Positions 20,176-29,732 of a stretch of 64,000 nucleotides of DNA are shown piece by piece. The notes below the pieces were generated by a model. That model searched no databases. It saw only the letters and a list, made by a program, of their open reading frames with translations, and was not told the origin of the DNA. Source of the stretch: Chloroflexota bacterium (GTDB lineage: Bacteria > Chloroflexota > Dehalococcoidia > SHYB01). Each line of letters begins with the position of its first letter. Positions within the stretch are counted from its first letter, which is position 1. The position numbers and the translations under genes are program-made. Location: NCBI GenBank assembly GCA_022572465.1, contig JACZVV010000001.1:2749-66748 (forward strand), written 5' to 3'.

Positions 20176-21390
20176 ATGACGACCGAGACGAAGGCCAAGC
20201 GGAGAAATATCGATGCCGATGGGCACTACGTGGAGCCCCCGTTCGCGATTCCGGAATACATCGAACCGAAATACCGGGACGCGGCGCCTCGGATCGTCCA
20301 GGAGGACGATGGGAAAGAGTACTGGCGAGGCAGGGGCTGGTGGGACTACAACGACAAAATCGGGCCCCAGAGCGGGGGTGGCGGACAGCGCCAGAACGCC
20401 ACGGCCGTCGCCGGTCTGGCCGGGATTGCCCGCTGGAACCAGGGCGCCGACATTGGGAACGTGCAGGACCTCAACTACACCCAGATGAACCCCTCCGCCA
20501 ACGACCCAGCCGCCAGGCTGAAGGTCATGGACGAGGAGGAGATCGATGTCTGCGTCCTCTTCCCGACGCTGAACCTCCAGTGGATCAACGACGCCGAATA
20601 TCACATGGCGGTGAACCGCGCGCTGAACGACTGGCTGGCCGCCGAGTATCTCGGCGGTGACCGCAAGCGCCTCTACGGCACGGTCAACATCGTTGGCGTG
20701 CACGACATCGGGCTCGCCTGCGCCGAGGTCGAGCGGTGCGTCAAGGAGCACGGGTTCAAGGCGGTGTTCCTGCGGCCCTGTCATGCCAACCCCGACGCTC
20801 GCTGGTGGAGCGACTACTACGATCCGCTGTGGGCCACCTGCCAGGACCTGGACGTGGCCGTCGGGTTCCATCCCTTCCCCGGCGATACGATGTACGGGTC
20901 GGCGCGGTACTTCGACATGATAGGACCCGGGGCCGCTCAGGTATTTGGCAGAACTCCGGTGAACCACCCGGTGGACGCGATGCAACTGCTGACCGGGCTC
21001 ATCTGCGGGGCGAAGCTCGAGCAGTTTCCCAAACTACGGTTCGCGATCCTGGAATCGGGCGGCGGTTGGCTGATCACCCTGCTCGAACGCCTGGACGGCC
21101 GCTACGAGCATCTGGGCCACACGATCCCCGACGTGAAGATGGAGCCCTCCGACTACTTCCGGCGCCAGGGCTGGATCTCCTTCGATCCGGAGGAAGCGGT
21201 GTTGCCGCTGACAAGTGAGTGGATTGGAGCGGACCGCATCATCTGGGGCTCGGACTTTCCCCATCCCGATGCTTTCTACCCCAAATTCATCGAGATGCTG
21301 AACGGGAAGATCGGGAGCCTGACGCCCGAAAACCAGGCCCGCATTCGCGGGCTCAACGCCCTGGACTTCTATAAGATTCCGGCCTTGTAG
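20176..21390 (+). CDS. Amidohydrolase-2 (PF04909-type) metal-dependent hydrolase/decarboxylase
   Basis: Start MTTETKAKRRNIDADGHY with GGAGGAGGA RBS. DADGHY and WGSDFPHPD motifs. Paralog of 22891..24087. Confidence 0.85.
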   Translation: MTTETKAKRRNIDADGHYVEPPFAIPEYIEPKYRDAAPRIVQEDDGKEYWRGRGWWDYNDKIGPQSGGGGQRQNATAVAGLAGIARWNQGADIGNVQDLNYTQMNPSANDPAARLKVMDEEEIDVCVLFPTLNLQWINDAEYHMAVNRALNDWLAAEYLGGDRKRLYGTVNIVGVHDIGLACAEVERCVKEHGFKAVFLRPCHANPDARWWSDYYDPLWATCQDLDVAVGFHPFPGDTMYGSARYFDMIGPGAAQVFGRTPVNHPVDAMQLLTGLICGAKLEQFPKLRFAILESGGGWLITLLERLDGRYEHLGHTIPDVKMEPSDYFRRQGWISFDPEEAVLPLTSEWIGADRIIWGSDFPHPDAFYPKFIEMLNGKIGSLTPENQARIRGLNALDFYKIPAL

Positions 21391-21402
21391 CCGTGCTGAG
21401 CT

Positions 21403-21430
21403 GAGGCAGGGACGGTCCTGTCCCTGCCTC
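21403..21430. terminator. Bidirectional intrinsic-terminator-like hairpin between convergent genes
   Basis: GAGGCAGGGAC-GGTCCT-GTCCCTGCCTC, a perfect 11-bp GC-rich stem. Confidence 0.5.
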
Positions 21431-21492
21431 CGTTGGGCGGTGACCGGCGCCGGTCGTGGCCCGGACGGTATTTCGGCGTCAGCGGAGGGGGC

Positions 21493-21777
21493 TTACCAGC
21501 GTCCGCCGCCGCCGCCACCGCCGCCTTGCCGGGGCTCCCGAGGGCGAGCTTCGTTCACCGTGAGGGTGCGCCCCTGGAGCTCTTTGCCGTTCAAGGCCTG
21601 GATCGCCGCCTCGGCCTCGGCATTGTTGGGCATCTCGATGAAGCCGAAGCCCTTCGACCGGCCCGAATACTGATCGTTGATCAGTCGAGCGGCATCGACC
21701 TGGCCAAAGGGGGTGAAGGCCGCTTCCATATCCTGCTCGGTGGTTTCGTACGATAGATTCCCGACATAGATGTTCAC
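21493..21777 (-). CDS. RRM-type RNA-binding protein with C-terminal poly-Gly tail
   Basis: GTG start (VNIYVGNLSY = RNP2; KGFGFIEM = RNP1). Ends RQGGGGGGGGRW. AAGGAG RBS. Confidence 0.85.
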   Translation of the reverse strand: MNIYVGNLSYETTEQDMEAAFTPFGQVDAARLINDQYSGRSKGFGFIEMPNNAEAEAAIQALNGKELQGRTLTVNEARPREPRQGGGGGGGGRW

Positions 21778-21946
21778 GCTACGCTCCTTGTGCGTAAGAT
21801 TGTCCCTCGGAGTAGCAAGCGTCGCGTGCACCGGCCGGAGCATTGGGGTGGGAGGCGGAGACGTAACAGTCGCAATCACTTGGACGGCGATATTATACCA
21901 CGCCGGGCGTTTGTCAAGGGAATGCACCCTGCGTGACTGCCCCGAA

Positions 21947-21991
21947 TGGTGGGCGGTACTGGAATCGAACCAGTGACCCCTTGCGTGTGAA
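21947..21991 (-). repeat. 45-bp copy of the 3' part of tRNA-Val(CAC), from the anticodon loop to CCA; attL-type direct repeat
   Basis: Identical to 38125..38169. Upstream sequence diverges from the tRNA 5' half. Confidence 0.8.
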
Positions 21992-22455
21992 ACTCAGGCC
22001 AACGGGTTCGCCGGCCTCCACCACCATACGCCAACGGAAGAGACATGCGTCTCGACAGTCCACGTCTATCCGCACCCATTCGGTGCGATTCGGCCCCGTT
22101 GCTACATTATTTGCTACAGTCGCTCCCTGTAGGATGCTTCAGAGCCATGGTGGCGCTGCGGCGCTCGGGGTCGAGGTTGCCCCCAACGACGTAAGTCTTA
22201 CAGCCGCAGTCCCCACAGAGAACGGCCGCTCCCAAGCACTCCCAGGTAGCCAACCGCCACTCCTGATACGCTCCCGCCACGCTCCGACGTGTGTTAGCAG
22301 CTCCCAACCAGTCCGTTAGCAAATCGGTTAGCGAAACTGCCCCCGGCCCAAGGCATCCCCGCCTGCGTAAAGCAGCAGAGCGTCAGCCTGAACGGGCTGG
22401 GCGTGGCGGCTGAAGTGAACGTGTGGGCGAGGCGACGGCTGGATGCGTAGACCCT

Positions 22456-22779
22456 CTACGGTGCCCCAGGTAGGCTCTCGCTGGCTATCCCGTCGCCGTT
22501 TCGGTCCAGCCTAGGGGGATCGTTCGCCAGCCCTCCGGCAGCCAGATAGAAGTCCCGGGCCTGCTGCCACATAGGAAAGTCCCCACAGTTCCGGTCGGTT
22601 CCAGCCGCGTCAAAGAGCAGGCCAGGGTTAGCTGCCGGTCGTTGGGTGGACGGCGCGGGCTCGGTAGAGGTTACAGGCTCGAAGGCTGGTTGCTCCACGC
22701 TTCCCTCGATGACGACCTGGGCTGAGCAAGTCCCCAGCATATCGGTGAGGGCGCTCCATTGATCTGCCGTCGCGGTCAA
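22456..22779 (-). pseudogene. Excalibur (extracellular Ca-binding) domain fragment, C-terminal part of a split DUF1524-Excalibur nuclease gene
   Basis: NCGDFPMWQQARDFYLAAGG...LDRNGDGIASE matches the Excalibur consensus. Begins inside the 21-bp direct repeat. Confidence 0.5.
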
Positions 22780-22792
22780 GCTCCAGGTTGCC
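22766..22792. repeat. Direct repeat GCCGTCGCGGTCAAGCTCCAG(G/T)TTGCC, copy A
   Basis: 21/21 identity, then 5/6, with 36090..36116. Confidence 0.55.
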
Positions 22793-22890
22793 GGTACGCC
22801 CCATGGGTCTTAGTATGAGCACGTCAACATGAGCACGTCGATGCTCAAGCGATCGGATCGCCGCGCCGCGGCCAGCCAAGGAGGTTCCGC

Positions 22891-24087
22891 ATGACCACCG
22901 AGACCGAGATCAAGCTGAAGATCGTCGACGCCGACGGCCACTATCTCGAGCCGGCCTTCGAGCTGCCCGACTACATGGAGCCGAAGTACCGGGACGCCGC
23001 GCCCCGCATCGTCAAACGGGATGACGGCTTCGAGTATTGGGAGGGGCGCGACTGGACTGAGGAAACCGGCATCTTCGGCGGCGCCCAGACGCGGCGGGCG
23101 CTTGCCATCGCCGGGCTGGCCGGCGTCGAGCGTTGGAACGTGGTCAAAGACGACCCGGACAAAGCCCTGAACTACACTCAGATGAACCCGGCCAGCTTGG
23201 ACCCCATCGCGCGGCTCAAGGTCCTGGACGAGGAGCGCATGGACGCCGCTGTCCTGTACCCCACCTTCAACCTCAATTTCCGCACCGACGCCGAATTCCA
23301 GATGGCGCTCAACCGGGCGCTGAACGATTGGCTGGCCGATCGCTATATAAGCGCCGACCCCCGCCGGTTGTATGGCGTCACGAACATCGTCACGCTGCAC
23401 GACGTGGACGCCGCTTGCCGCGAGGTCGATCGTTGCGCTAAGCAGCATGGATTCAAGGCCACCTATCTCCGTCCCGGTCTTCCCACCGCCGAGGCCCGCT
23501 GGTGGAAGCGCGACTTCGATCGTTTCTGGGCCACCTGCCAGGACCTCGATGTCGCGGTCGCGTTCCACCCCTTCTCAGTCGACAGGATGTACGGGGCCAA
23601 CCGCGACCTCGACCTGCTCGGTCCGGCGGCCGAGCAGCAGTTCCTGCGCGCCGTGCTCACCCATCCCGTCGATGCGCTGAACGCTGTCTGTGGAATTATC
23701 GTTGGCGGTGTGCTCGAACGGTTCCCTGGCCTGCGATTCGCGATTCTCGAGTCCGGAGGCGGCTGGCTCGTGCCTATGCTCGAGCGCCTTGACCACCGGT
23801 TCGAACACATGGGCTGGAGACTCAAAGACCTGAGCATGAAACCCAGCGACTACTTCCGGCGGCAAGGCTGGATATCGTTCGATCCGGACGAGGCGACCCT
23901 TGGGGTTACAGCCGCGTGGCTGGGCGCTGATCGCATCATCTGGGGCTCCGACTTTCCGCACCCGGACGCCTTCTACCCCAACTTCGTGGATACTCTGAAC
24001 GGCCAGATCGCCGCGCTCCCGCAGGAGGACCAGGACCGCATCCGCGGCCTTAACGCCGTGGACTTCTACAAGTTGCCCAATAACTAG
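22891..24087 (+). CDS. Amidohydrolase-2 family hydrolase
   Basis: 398 aa; VDADGHY, WGSDFPHPD. About 55-60% identical by eye to 20176..21390. Confidence 0.85.
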   Translation: MTTETEIKLKIVDADGHYLEPAFELPDYMEPKYRDAAPRIVKRDDGFEYWEGRDWTEETGIFGGAQTRRALAIAGLAGVERWNVVKDDPDKALNYTQMNPASLDPIARLKVLDEERMDAAVLYPTFNLNFRTDAEFQMALNRALNDWLADRYISADPRRLYGVTNIVTLHDVDAACREVDRCAKQHGFKATYLRPGLPTAEARWWKRDFDRFWATCQDLDVAVAFHPFSVDRMYGANRDLDLLGPAAEQQFLRAVLTHPVDALNAVCGIIVGGVLERFPGLRFAILESGGGWLVPMLERLDHRFEHMGWRLKDLSMKPSDYFRRQGWISFDPDEATLGVTAAWLGADRIIWGSDFPHPDAFYPNFVDTLNGQIAALPQEDQDRIRGLNAVDFYKLPNN

Positions 24088-24279
24088 AACTCGGCCGGCG
24101 CCAGGCGCCGATCGCCGCACGCCGCAGGCCGCACGCCGCACGATTGAGGATGCCGGAACAAACACGGCGCAGGCCCAGCGGCTGCGACGGGTTCTCCGTG
24201 GCCCGTTTCTCCAGGCCCTGGCCGAAGTAGACGTCATCGCACGAGAAATGGGTAGCTCCTCTTCGGCGGAGATGGCGCA

Positions 24280-25404
24280 ATGAAGTTCTCCACATTCCAT
24301 TCGTTCATGCTGGTCGATGCCATAAGGGGGGGCAAGCTGCCGGATGACGTCGACGCCGGCATCCTTCCACAGCATTATGATCAAGTCGTCTCCACCCACC
24401 ATAATGAGATTCAGATGGAACTCGAGGAGATACGTTGGGTGGAGGAGCTGGGGTTCGACGGCGTGTGGCTGCGGGAGCATCACTTTACAGACTACGGCTT
24501 CCTACCGAATACGATGGTCATGCTCGGCTACATCGCGTCCATGACGAAGAGGATTCGGTTAGGCAGCGCCGTCGTTACGTTGCCGCTCCACAACCCGGTG
24601 CGCGCTGCCGAAGACGCCGCACTCGTCGACGTTATCAGTAACGGTAGACTCAATTACGGGATCGGTCGAGGATATCAGTCGATCGAATTCGATACCCTCG
24701 GCGTTCCCATGGACGACTCGAGGGAGCGTTGTTCAGAAGAAATAGAATCCATCATCCAGCTTTGGTCTAACGACACCGCGAGCTATCACGGCCGGTTCGT
24801 GGATTTCGAGCAGGTACGGCTTCAGCCGAAGCCCCTGCAACAGCCGCACCCCCCGGTCTTCTACGCCTCGATCAGCAAAGAGAGCGTCCTGCACTTTGCC
24901 AAGCTTGGCATACCATTCATTGTGGACTCGACGCTGACGCTCTCGAGCCTGGACCAACTGTGCGCCGCATGGAGCGAAGTCGCCAGTGCGCACGGCCACG
25001 ATCCGGGCTCTGGTGAGTTGGTGGCGATGCGCACCGTCTGGCTGGACGAGACAGATGAGCGGGCCAGAGAGTACGTGGGGAGGGCGCCGAAGGTGGAGTC
25101 CACGGCGCACGACCCGAAGTTGGCTCCACGGAAAAAGGATGGGAGCATAGCCCGAGGCTACGAATACTGGCAGAGGGGATGGCATGGGCGTTCGCTCAAA
25201 CACTACGACACCTCGGAGAATTGGGAGAATCGCTGGATCGCGGGCGATATCGATCGTGTGGTCGGTGGCATCGAGAGACTCGAAGAGATGGGGGTAAAAA
25301 ACCTAATTGTCGGGTTCGGATCGGACCCCGAACCGACCTCCCGAGCCGAGAAGCGCCGCCGCATGGAGTTATTCGCGAGAGAGGTTATGCCTCACTTTCG
25401 GTGA
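24280..25404 (+). CDS. Luciferase-like monooxygenase family (flavin/F420-dependent) oxidoreductase
   Basis: 374 aa LLM TIM-barrel signatures (GFDGVWLREHHF, GRLNYGIGRGY). Confidence 0.8.
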   Translation: MKFSTFHSFMLVDAIRGGKLPDDVDAGILPQHYDQVVSTHHNEIQMELEEIRWVEELGFDGVWLREHHFTDYGFLPNTMVMLGYIASMTKRIRLGSAVVTLPLHNPVRAAEDAALVDVISNGRLNYGIGRGYQSIEFDTLGVPMDDSRERCSEEIESIIQLWSNDTASYHGRFVDFEQVRLQPKPLQQPHPPVFYASISKESVLHFAKLGIPFIVDSTLTLSSLDQLCAAWSEVASAHGHDPGSGELVAMRTVWLDETDERAREYVGRAPKVESTAHDPKLAPRKKDGSIARGYEYWQRGWHGRSLKHYDTSENWENRWIAGDIDRVVGGIERLEEMGVKNLIVGFGSDPEPTSRAEKRRRMELFAREVMPHFR

Positions 25405-25603
25405 TGGCAGCAACCACCCGGATAGCACCTTCCCGAACTCTCAGGCCGGCATCGCCAAGATTTTCAGTGACCCCGCCGGAGGCAGGACAGAAGGTTACGC
25501 GAGACAACGCCGCCAACCTGTATGGCTTCCGAGAGGCGCTGAAGACCTGATATCCCCGACACCTGGGCCGTCCGCAGCGAGGGTTCTCCCCAGGCGCTCG
25601 GCT

Positions 25604-26353
25604 TCACTCCCAGGCGCTCACGTCTACACCCATGGCCCGGTATCGCTCCACCATAGCCTGGCCGCCCCCCGGGTCGGGGCCGCGGTCGTAGTCCCAGTGG
25701 CGGATCCTGGCGATTTCGACCCCCATCGGCGGGGCCTCTCCGAGCTTGATCGGCACGATGACGCCCCGTTTGTCCGGAAACGCCCGTTCCCACTCCGCCA
25801 CATGCTCCGCGGAGATGAAGAAGTTGATGCTGTCGCAGGTGACGTTCCACTCCTCCCGAAAGCGGTTCGGATGGATGCCGATGTGGAGGACCGTCGTCGG
25901 CGGGTCGAGCGCCACGACGATGAGGTCCTTGGTCTCAAACCGGATGGGCTCCCAGCAGTCCGGGCAGAACGAATCGATAATCGCCGTGCGGCCCGGGAAC
26001 ATGCCCCCGACGGCGCAGCACTCGCCGCCGCACCCCACGTACCACTTGCTCTCGCCGTCCACGGTCAGCCGGTGCCGGGTCGGCACGTTGCTAAACGGCG
26101 GCATTTTGCTGATCGTCTCCGTCCCAGGGACGAACATCACCTGGACACCCCGCTCTAGCTGGTGCAGGGAGTGCCAGGTGGTCCGCTGGTCCAGGCCAAG
26201 GTCCCGCATGATCTGGGCCAGGTTCGGCCCGCGACCGTGCTCAATGAAAGAGTCCTCCAGATAACGCCTGACCCGCTTCGCATTCTCGGTGAGCTCGAAC
26301 CATTCGCTGGCTGTGTTGCCGTAGACGCCGTAGGGGGCATGGAAGGCATGCAT
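25604..26353 (-). CDS. Alkylmercury-lyase (MerB) family protein, divergent
   Basis: Segments align by eye to MerB: YVGCGGECCA against YAWCALD (Cys96 region, with Glu where MerB has Asp99), NVTCDSINFFISAEH-EW against QSFCCHVHFFASV-EDW (Cys159 region). Confidence 0.5.
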   Translation of the reverse strand: MHAFHAPYGVYGNTASEWFELTENAKRVRRYLEDSFIEHGRGPNLAQIMRDLGLDQRTTWHSLHQLERGVQVMFVPGTETISKMPPFSNVPTRHRLTVDGESKWYVGCGGECCAVGGMFPGRTAIIDSFCPDCWEPIRFETKDLIVVALDPPTTVLHIGIHPNRFREEWNVTCDSINFFISAEHVAEWERAFPDKRGVIVPIKLGEAPPMGVEIARIRHWDYDRGPDPGGGQAMVERYRAMGVDVSAWE

Positions 26354-26401
26354 CCAACTCTCCTTTTGGGCGGCGTGCGTCCGAAGGGCGCCCTGAGGCC
26401 G

Positions 26402-26590
26402 TTATCTGCCGAAGGCCGGCTGTTCCCGCCCCGGGTCTCCCGCCGGACGCTCAATCTTGACGACCTCGGCTCCCTGGTCGGCCAGCAGCATCCCCAGCAG
26501 AGGCCCGGCGACGTAGTGGCCGGCGTCGAGCACGCGCTCCCCGCGCAGAGCGCCCGTGGGTGTTGGTGTCGGACGTAGGTTGATGGTCAT
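26402..26590 (-). pseudogene. N-terminal 62-aa remnant of a family-III CoA-transferase (CaiB/BaiF)
   Basis: [31 protein letters not shown] is the canonical N-terminus, followed by a stop. Confidence 0.5.
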
Positions 26591-26874
26591 ACGCGTCCCG
26601 GATCAGGTTGGCTTACCCAGATATCGTGGGGCGGATTCTACGCGGGCTCTATACGCCCGTCAATTGGGATCTGACGCCCAGGCAAGGGTGATCTTGCGAT
26701 GCACGGTCTCCCTATGGCTCCCGAAAACGTCATTGGCATGTCTGCACCTGGAGCACACCCGTCGCCGGCCTCCATCCGGCACCTGGGTATTGAACGTCCT
26801 TGGGGTCATTGGAGGCGATGATGGGCGCCCAAGGGTGAGGTGCGTCCCCGGGGAGTTGTAAGGGAGGACAACCG

Positions 26875-27528
26875 GTGACAGCTGCCTCTGTTCCTCGCCG
26901 AACGCTAACCAGAGTCGCCGACGAGATGGACCTCCCGTTCTGGGAGGGCGCCGTCCAGGGCAAGCTCCTCGTCCAGCGCTGTAAGGATTGCAACCGCTAC
27001 TACTGGCCGGTCAGCATCTGCGTGCAGTGCTCCAACCGGGACCTGGAGTGGGTGGAAGCCACCGGGCGAGGCGCCGTGTACACCTTAACCTTCATCCACC
27101 CGGCCCTTTCTGCTGGCCTGCGCTGTGAACACCCTTATAATGTGACCGTCGTCGAGCTGGAAGCGGGGCCGCTGATGTTTATCAACATCGTCGACTGCCC
27201 CAGCGACCAGATCGAGGTCGGCATGCCGGTGGAGGTGACGTTCAAAGAGATGGAGGCCGGTGGGAGCGTTCCCGAGTTCCGGCCCGTGCAGTCACAGCCG
27301 CGCCTGACGACGCAAGCGTCTGCGAGTCAAGGAGGGATTCATGGCACAGGAGTATCGGATCATCTCGGCGGATTCTCACGTGAACCCGCGGCCCACGTTC
27401 TGGCGGGACTACCTGCCGGGGAAGTTGGCCGAGCGGGCGCCCCAGGTGGAAGAGACCGACGAGCAGGACTTTATCTTGTTCGAGGGGAACCGCACCCCCT
27501 ACATCATGCTGTCGTCGTTGGCGGGTAA
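26875..27528 (+). CDS. Zn-ribbon / OB-fold protein (DUF35, thiolase-partner type)
   Basis: CKDCNRYYWPVSICVQC zinc ribbon. Paralog of 31069..31488. Conserved region ends about 27290; the ORF has no stop until 27528 and overlaps the next gene, so the true 3' end is uncertain. Confidence 0.65.
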   Translation: MTAASVPRRTLTRVADEMDLPFWEGAVQGKLLVQRCKDCNRYYWPVSICVQCSNRDLEWVEATGRGAVYTLTFIHPALSAGLRCEHPYNVTVVELEAGPLMFINIVDCPSDQIEVGMPVEVTFKEMEAGGSVPEFRPVQSQPRLTTQASASQGGIHGTGVSDHLGGFSREPAAHVLAGLPAGEVGRAGAPGGRDRRAGLYLVRGEPHPLHHAVVVGG

Positions 27529-28426
27529 GAAAGCGGAGGACTTCAAGTTCACCGGCAAGATGAGCGACGCGCGGCCCGGCGGCTGGGACCCCCATGAGCG
27601 CACCAAAGACCAGGACATAGACGGGATCGACGCCGAAGTTCTCTACGGTGGCGGGCCGCTGCGGACGGAGAACAGGGAGCTGGCGGTGGCCAGCCATCGG
27701 GCCTACAACGAGTGGCTGGCGGACTTCTGCAAGGGTGCGCCGGAGCGCCTCCTCGGCATCGCCTACGTGCCAATGTGGGACCTGGAGGAGGCGCTGGACG
27801 AGGTCCGCCACGCCGCCAAGATCGGCCTCCGGGGTGTCCTGATACCCGCGGCCCCACCGGAAGGCGAGTTCGCGGACCCCAAGTACGAAGTCTTCTGGAA
27901 CACCCTCGAAGAGCTCAACATGCCGGCGAACCTGCACGTGGGCTTTAGCGGCGGCCGTACCCCCCGGTTCGACAACTCGACGCATTTCCTCTCGGACATG
28001 CTGATGAGCAAGCTGGGTATGGCGGAACCGGTGGCCAACATGATCTTCTCCGGCATCCTGGCGCGCCACCCCAAGCTCAAGGTGGTGGAGGTGGAAGGCG
28101 GCGTGGGCTGGTGCGCCTTCGCCATCCAATACATGGACCACGTCTGGGAAAAGCACCGCTACTGGACCAAGTCCGATCTCACCGAGCCCCCTAGCTTCTA
28201 CTTCCATCGCCAAATTCGGGGAACGTTCGTCGATGACCCCGTCGCCGTCAACGAGCGCCACACCATCGGCGTCGAGAGCATCATGTGGTCTTCGGACTAC
28301 CCTCACAGCGAGACCCCGTGGCCCAACTCGAGGCAGAGCATCGCGAAGCACTTCGCGGGGGTGCCCGAAGACGAGACCTTCAAAATGATCTGCGGCAACG
28401 CCCAGAGGCTCTACAACATCTACTGA
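27341..28426 (+). CDS. Amidohydrolase-2 family hydrolase
   Basis: 361 aa; ISADSHV N-terminus, WSSDYPH motif, AAGGAGG RBS. Confidence 0.85.
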   Translation: MAQEYRIISADSHVNPRPTFWRDYLPGKLAERAPQVEETDEQDFILFEGNRTPYIMLSSLAGKKAEDFKFTGKMSDARPGGWDPHERTKDQDIDGIDAEVLYGGGPLRTENRELAVASHRAYNEWLADFCKGAPERLLGIAYVPMWDLEEALDEVRHAAKIGLRGVLIPAAPPEGEFADPKYEVFWNTLEELNMPANLHVGFSGGRTPRFDNSTHFLSDMLMSKLGMAEPVANMIFSGILARHPKLKVVEVEGGVGWCAFAIQYMDHVWEKHRYWTKSDLTEPPSFYFHRQIRGTFVDDPVAVNERHTIGVESIMWSSDYPHSETPWPNSRQSIAKHFAGVPEDETFKMICGNAQRLYNIY

Positions 28427-28445
28427 CGCGGCCAGCACCAGCAAC

Positions 28446-28478
28446 AAAGAGAGGGGCCCGATGTCGGCCCCTCTCTTT
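28446..28478. terminator. Bidirectional terminator-like hairpin between convergent genes
   Basis: AAAGAGAGGGGCC-cgatgtc-GGCCCCTCTCTTT, a 13-bp perfect stem flanked by T/A runs. Confidence 0.5.
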
Positions 28479-28491
28479 CATTTGACCCGCG

Positions 28492-29721
28492 TTAGACCAC
28501 GCCGCTTTTCCGCATGGCGTCCAGGCGGCTATCCTCGAATCCGAGCAACTGACGGTAGACGTCGTCGTTGTGCTCCCCGAGCTGCGGCGCACGCGGACCA
28601 TGGCGCCACGGCATCGCCGGAGATACCCAAGGCGAGGCGGGATACGTGAACGATTTCCCAACCTCCGAATGCTCGATTTCCGCGAAGTTGCCTCGCCCGA
28701 CAAAGTGCTCGTCGTTCAGGCTGCCCTCGGGCGGCCGCACCGTCGCCCAGATGACGCCTCGGTTTTGGGCGTCGAGCATGAGCTCGTCGGCATTGTGCTG
28801 CGCGATGAACTTGCGCCGCACGTCGTTGATGTGGCCCATCTCCTTGACGCGGGCGGATGGAATCGTGTATCGCTCGTCCGCCAGGTCTTCCGCCATCCCA
28901 TACTCGTCCAGCATGGCCGCCTCCCGCTCCCACTCCCCAGGGAACAGGCCGCCGCTCGTGATCATATTGTAGCCGTCCTTAGAGAGGATATCGCCCTGGT
29001 ACGTTGGCCGGCGGGGGCTCACCATTCGGCCAACCTCGTACACGGACAAGTTGTTCTCCGTGCAGGTGTTGACGGCCGTATGGATCGAAAAGTCGATGTA
29101 CTGGCCGCGGCCGGTCATCCGCTGATGCCAGAGCGCTGCCAGCGCGTCCATCGTCGCCATTGAGCAGGAGATGTGCGACGACTGCCACATCTGGGGCGCG
29201 ATAGGCGGTGTGTCGAATTCGCCGTCCGCATTTGGGCCGTACCCGCAGATCTTCGTCTGTCCACCGAGCGCGAGAAACACCAGGTCGGACCCCTTGTAGT
29301 CTCGCCAGGGACCCGTCTCGCCGAAGTCCGACATCGCCAGCACGATCAGCCGGGGATTGTCTGCCTGCAGGGTCTCGAAACCCAACCCGAGGTCGGCGAG
29401 ATATCCAGGCCGCGACGTAAGCAGCAGCAAATCTGCTTTCTTCAGGAGCTCCCTGAACACGCCGCGGCCCTCGCCGTTCTCCAGGTCCAGCGTGATCCCC
29501 TTCTTTCCGACGTTGTAGTGCCAGAAATGGAGACTCCGCTCGGCGCCGGGCTCGTCCCGGTAGAACGGTCCGATGCGCCTCGTCGGCGAACCTCCCGGGG
29601 GCTCGACCTTGATGACGTTCGCCCCCATCCCGGCGAGCAGCTTGCCGCAGAACTCCCCCCGCCAGTCCGCGAGCTCGATGATGGTGAAGTCGTCCAGAGC
29701 CATCGGATGCACCTCGGCCAT
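28492..29721 (-). CDS. Family-III CoA-transferase (CaiB/BaiF)
   Basis: Start MAEVHPMALDDFTIIELADWRGEFCGKLLAGMGANVIKVEPPGG with AGGAGGG RBS. The upstream 52 aa of the track ORF are shadow. Confidence 0.85.
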   Translation of the reverse strand: MAEVHPMALDDFTIIELADWRGEFCGKLLAGMGANVIKVEPPGGSPTRRIGPFYRDEPGAERSLHFWHYNVGKKGITLDLENGEGRGVFRELLKKADLLLLTSRPGYLADLGLGFETLQADNPRLIVLAMSDFGETGPWRDYKGSDLVFLALGGQTKICGYGPNADGEFDTPPIAPQMWQSSHISCSMATMDALAALWHQRMTGRGQYIDFSIHTAVNTCTENNLSVYEVGRMVSPRRPTYQGDILSKDGYNMITSGGLFPGEWEREAAMLDEYGMAEDLADERYTIPSARVKEMGHINDVRRKFIAQHNADELMLDAQNRGVIWATVRPPEGSLNDEHFVGRGNFAEIEHSEVGKSFTYPASPWVSPAMPWRHGPRAPQLGEHNDDVYRQLLGFEDSRLDAMRKSGVV

Positions 29722-29732
29722 GATTCGCCCTC

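Noticed and set aside
21992-22455. Possible small ORF 22107..22322 and regulatory content just inside attL
   Set aside because: No motif, no RBS and odd composition. Left unannotated as the island edge.
26875-27528. Treating the full 217-aa track ORF as the DUF35 protein
   Set aside because: Homology to the paralog ends near residue 138, and the downstream amidohydrolase has its own strong RBS at 27341. The true stop is unclear, so the 3' 240 nt is flagged as doubtful rather than dropped.
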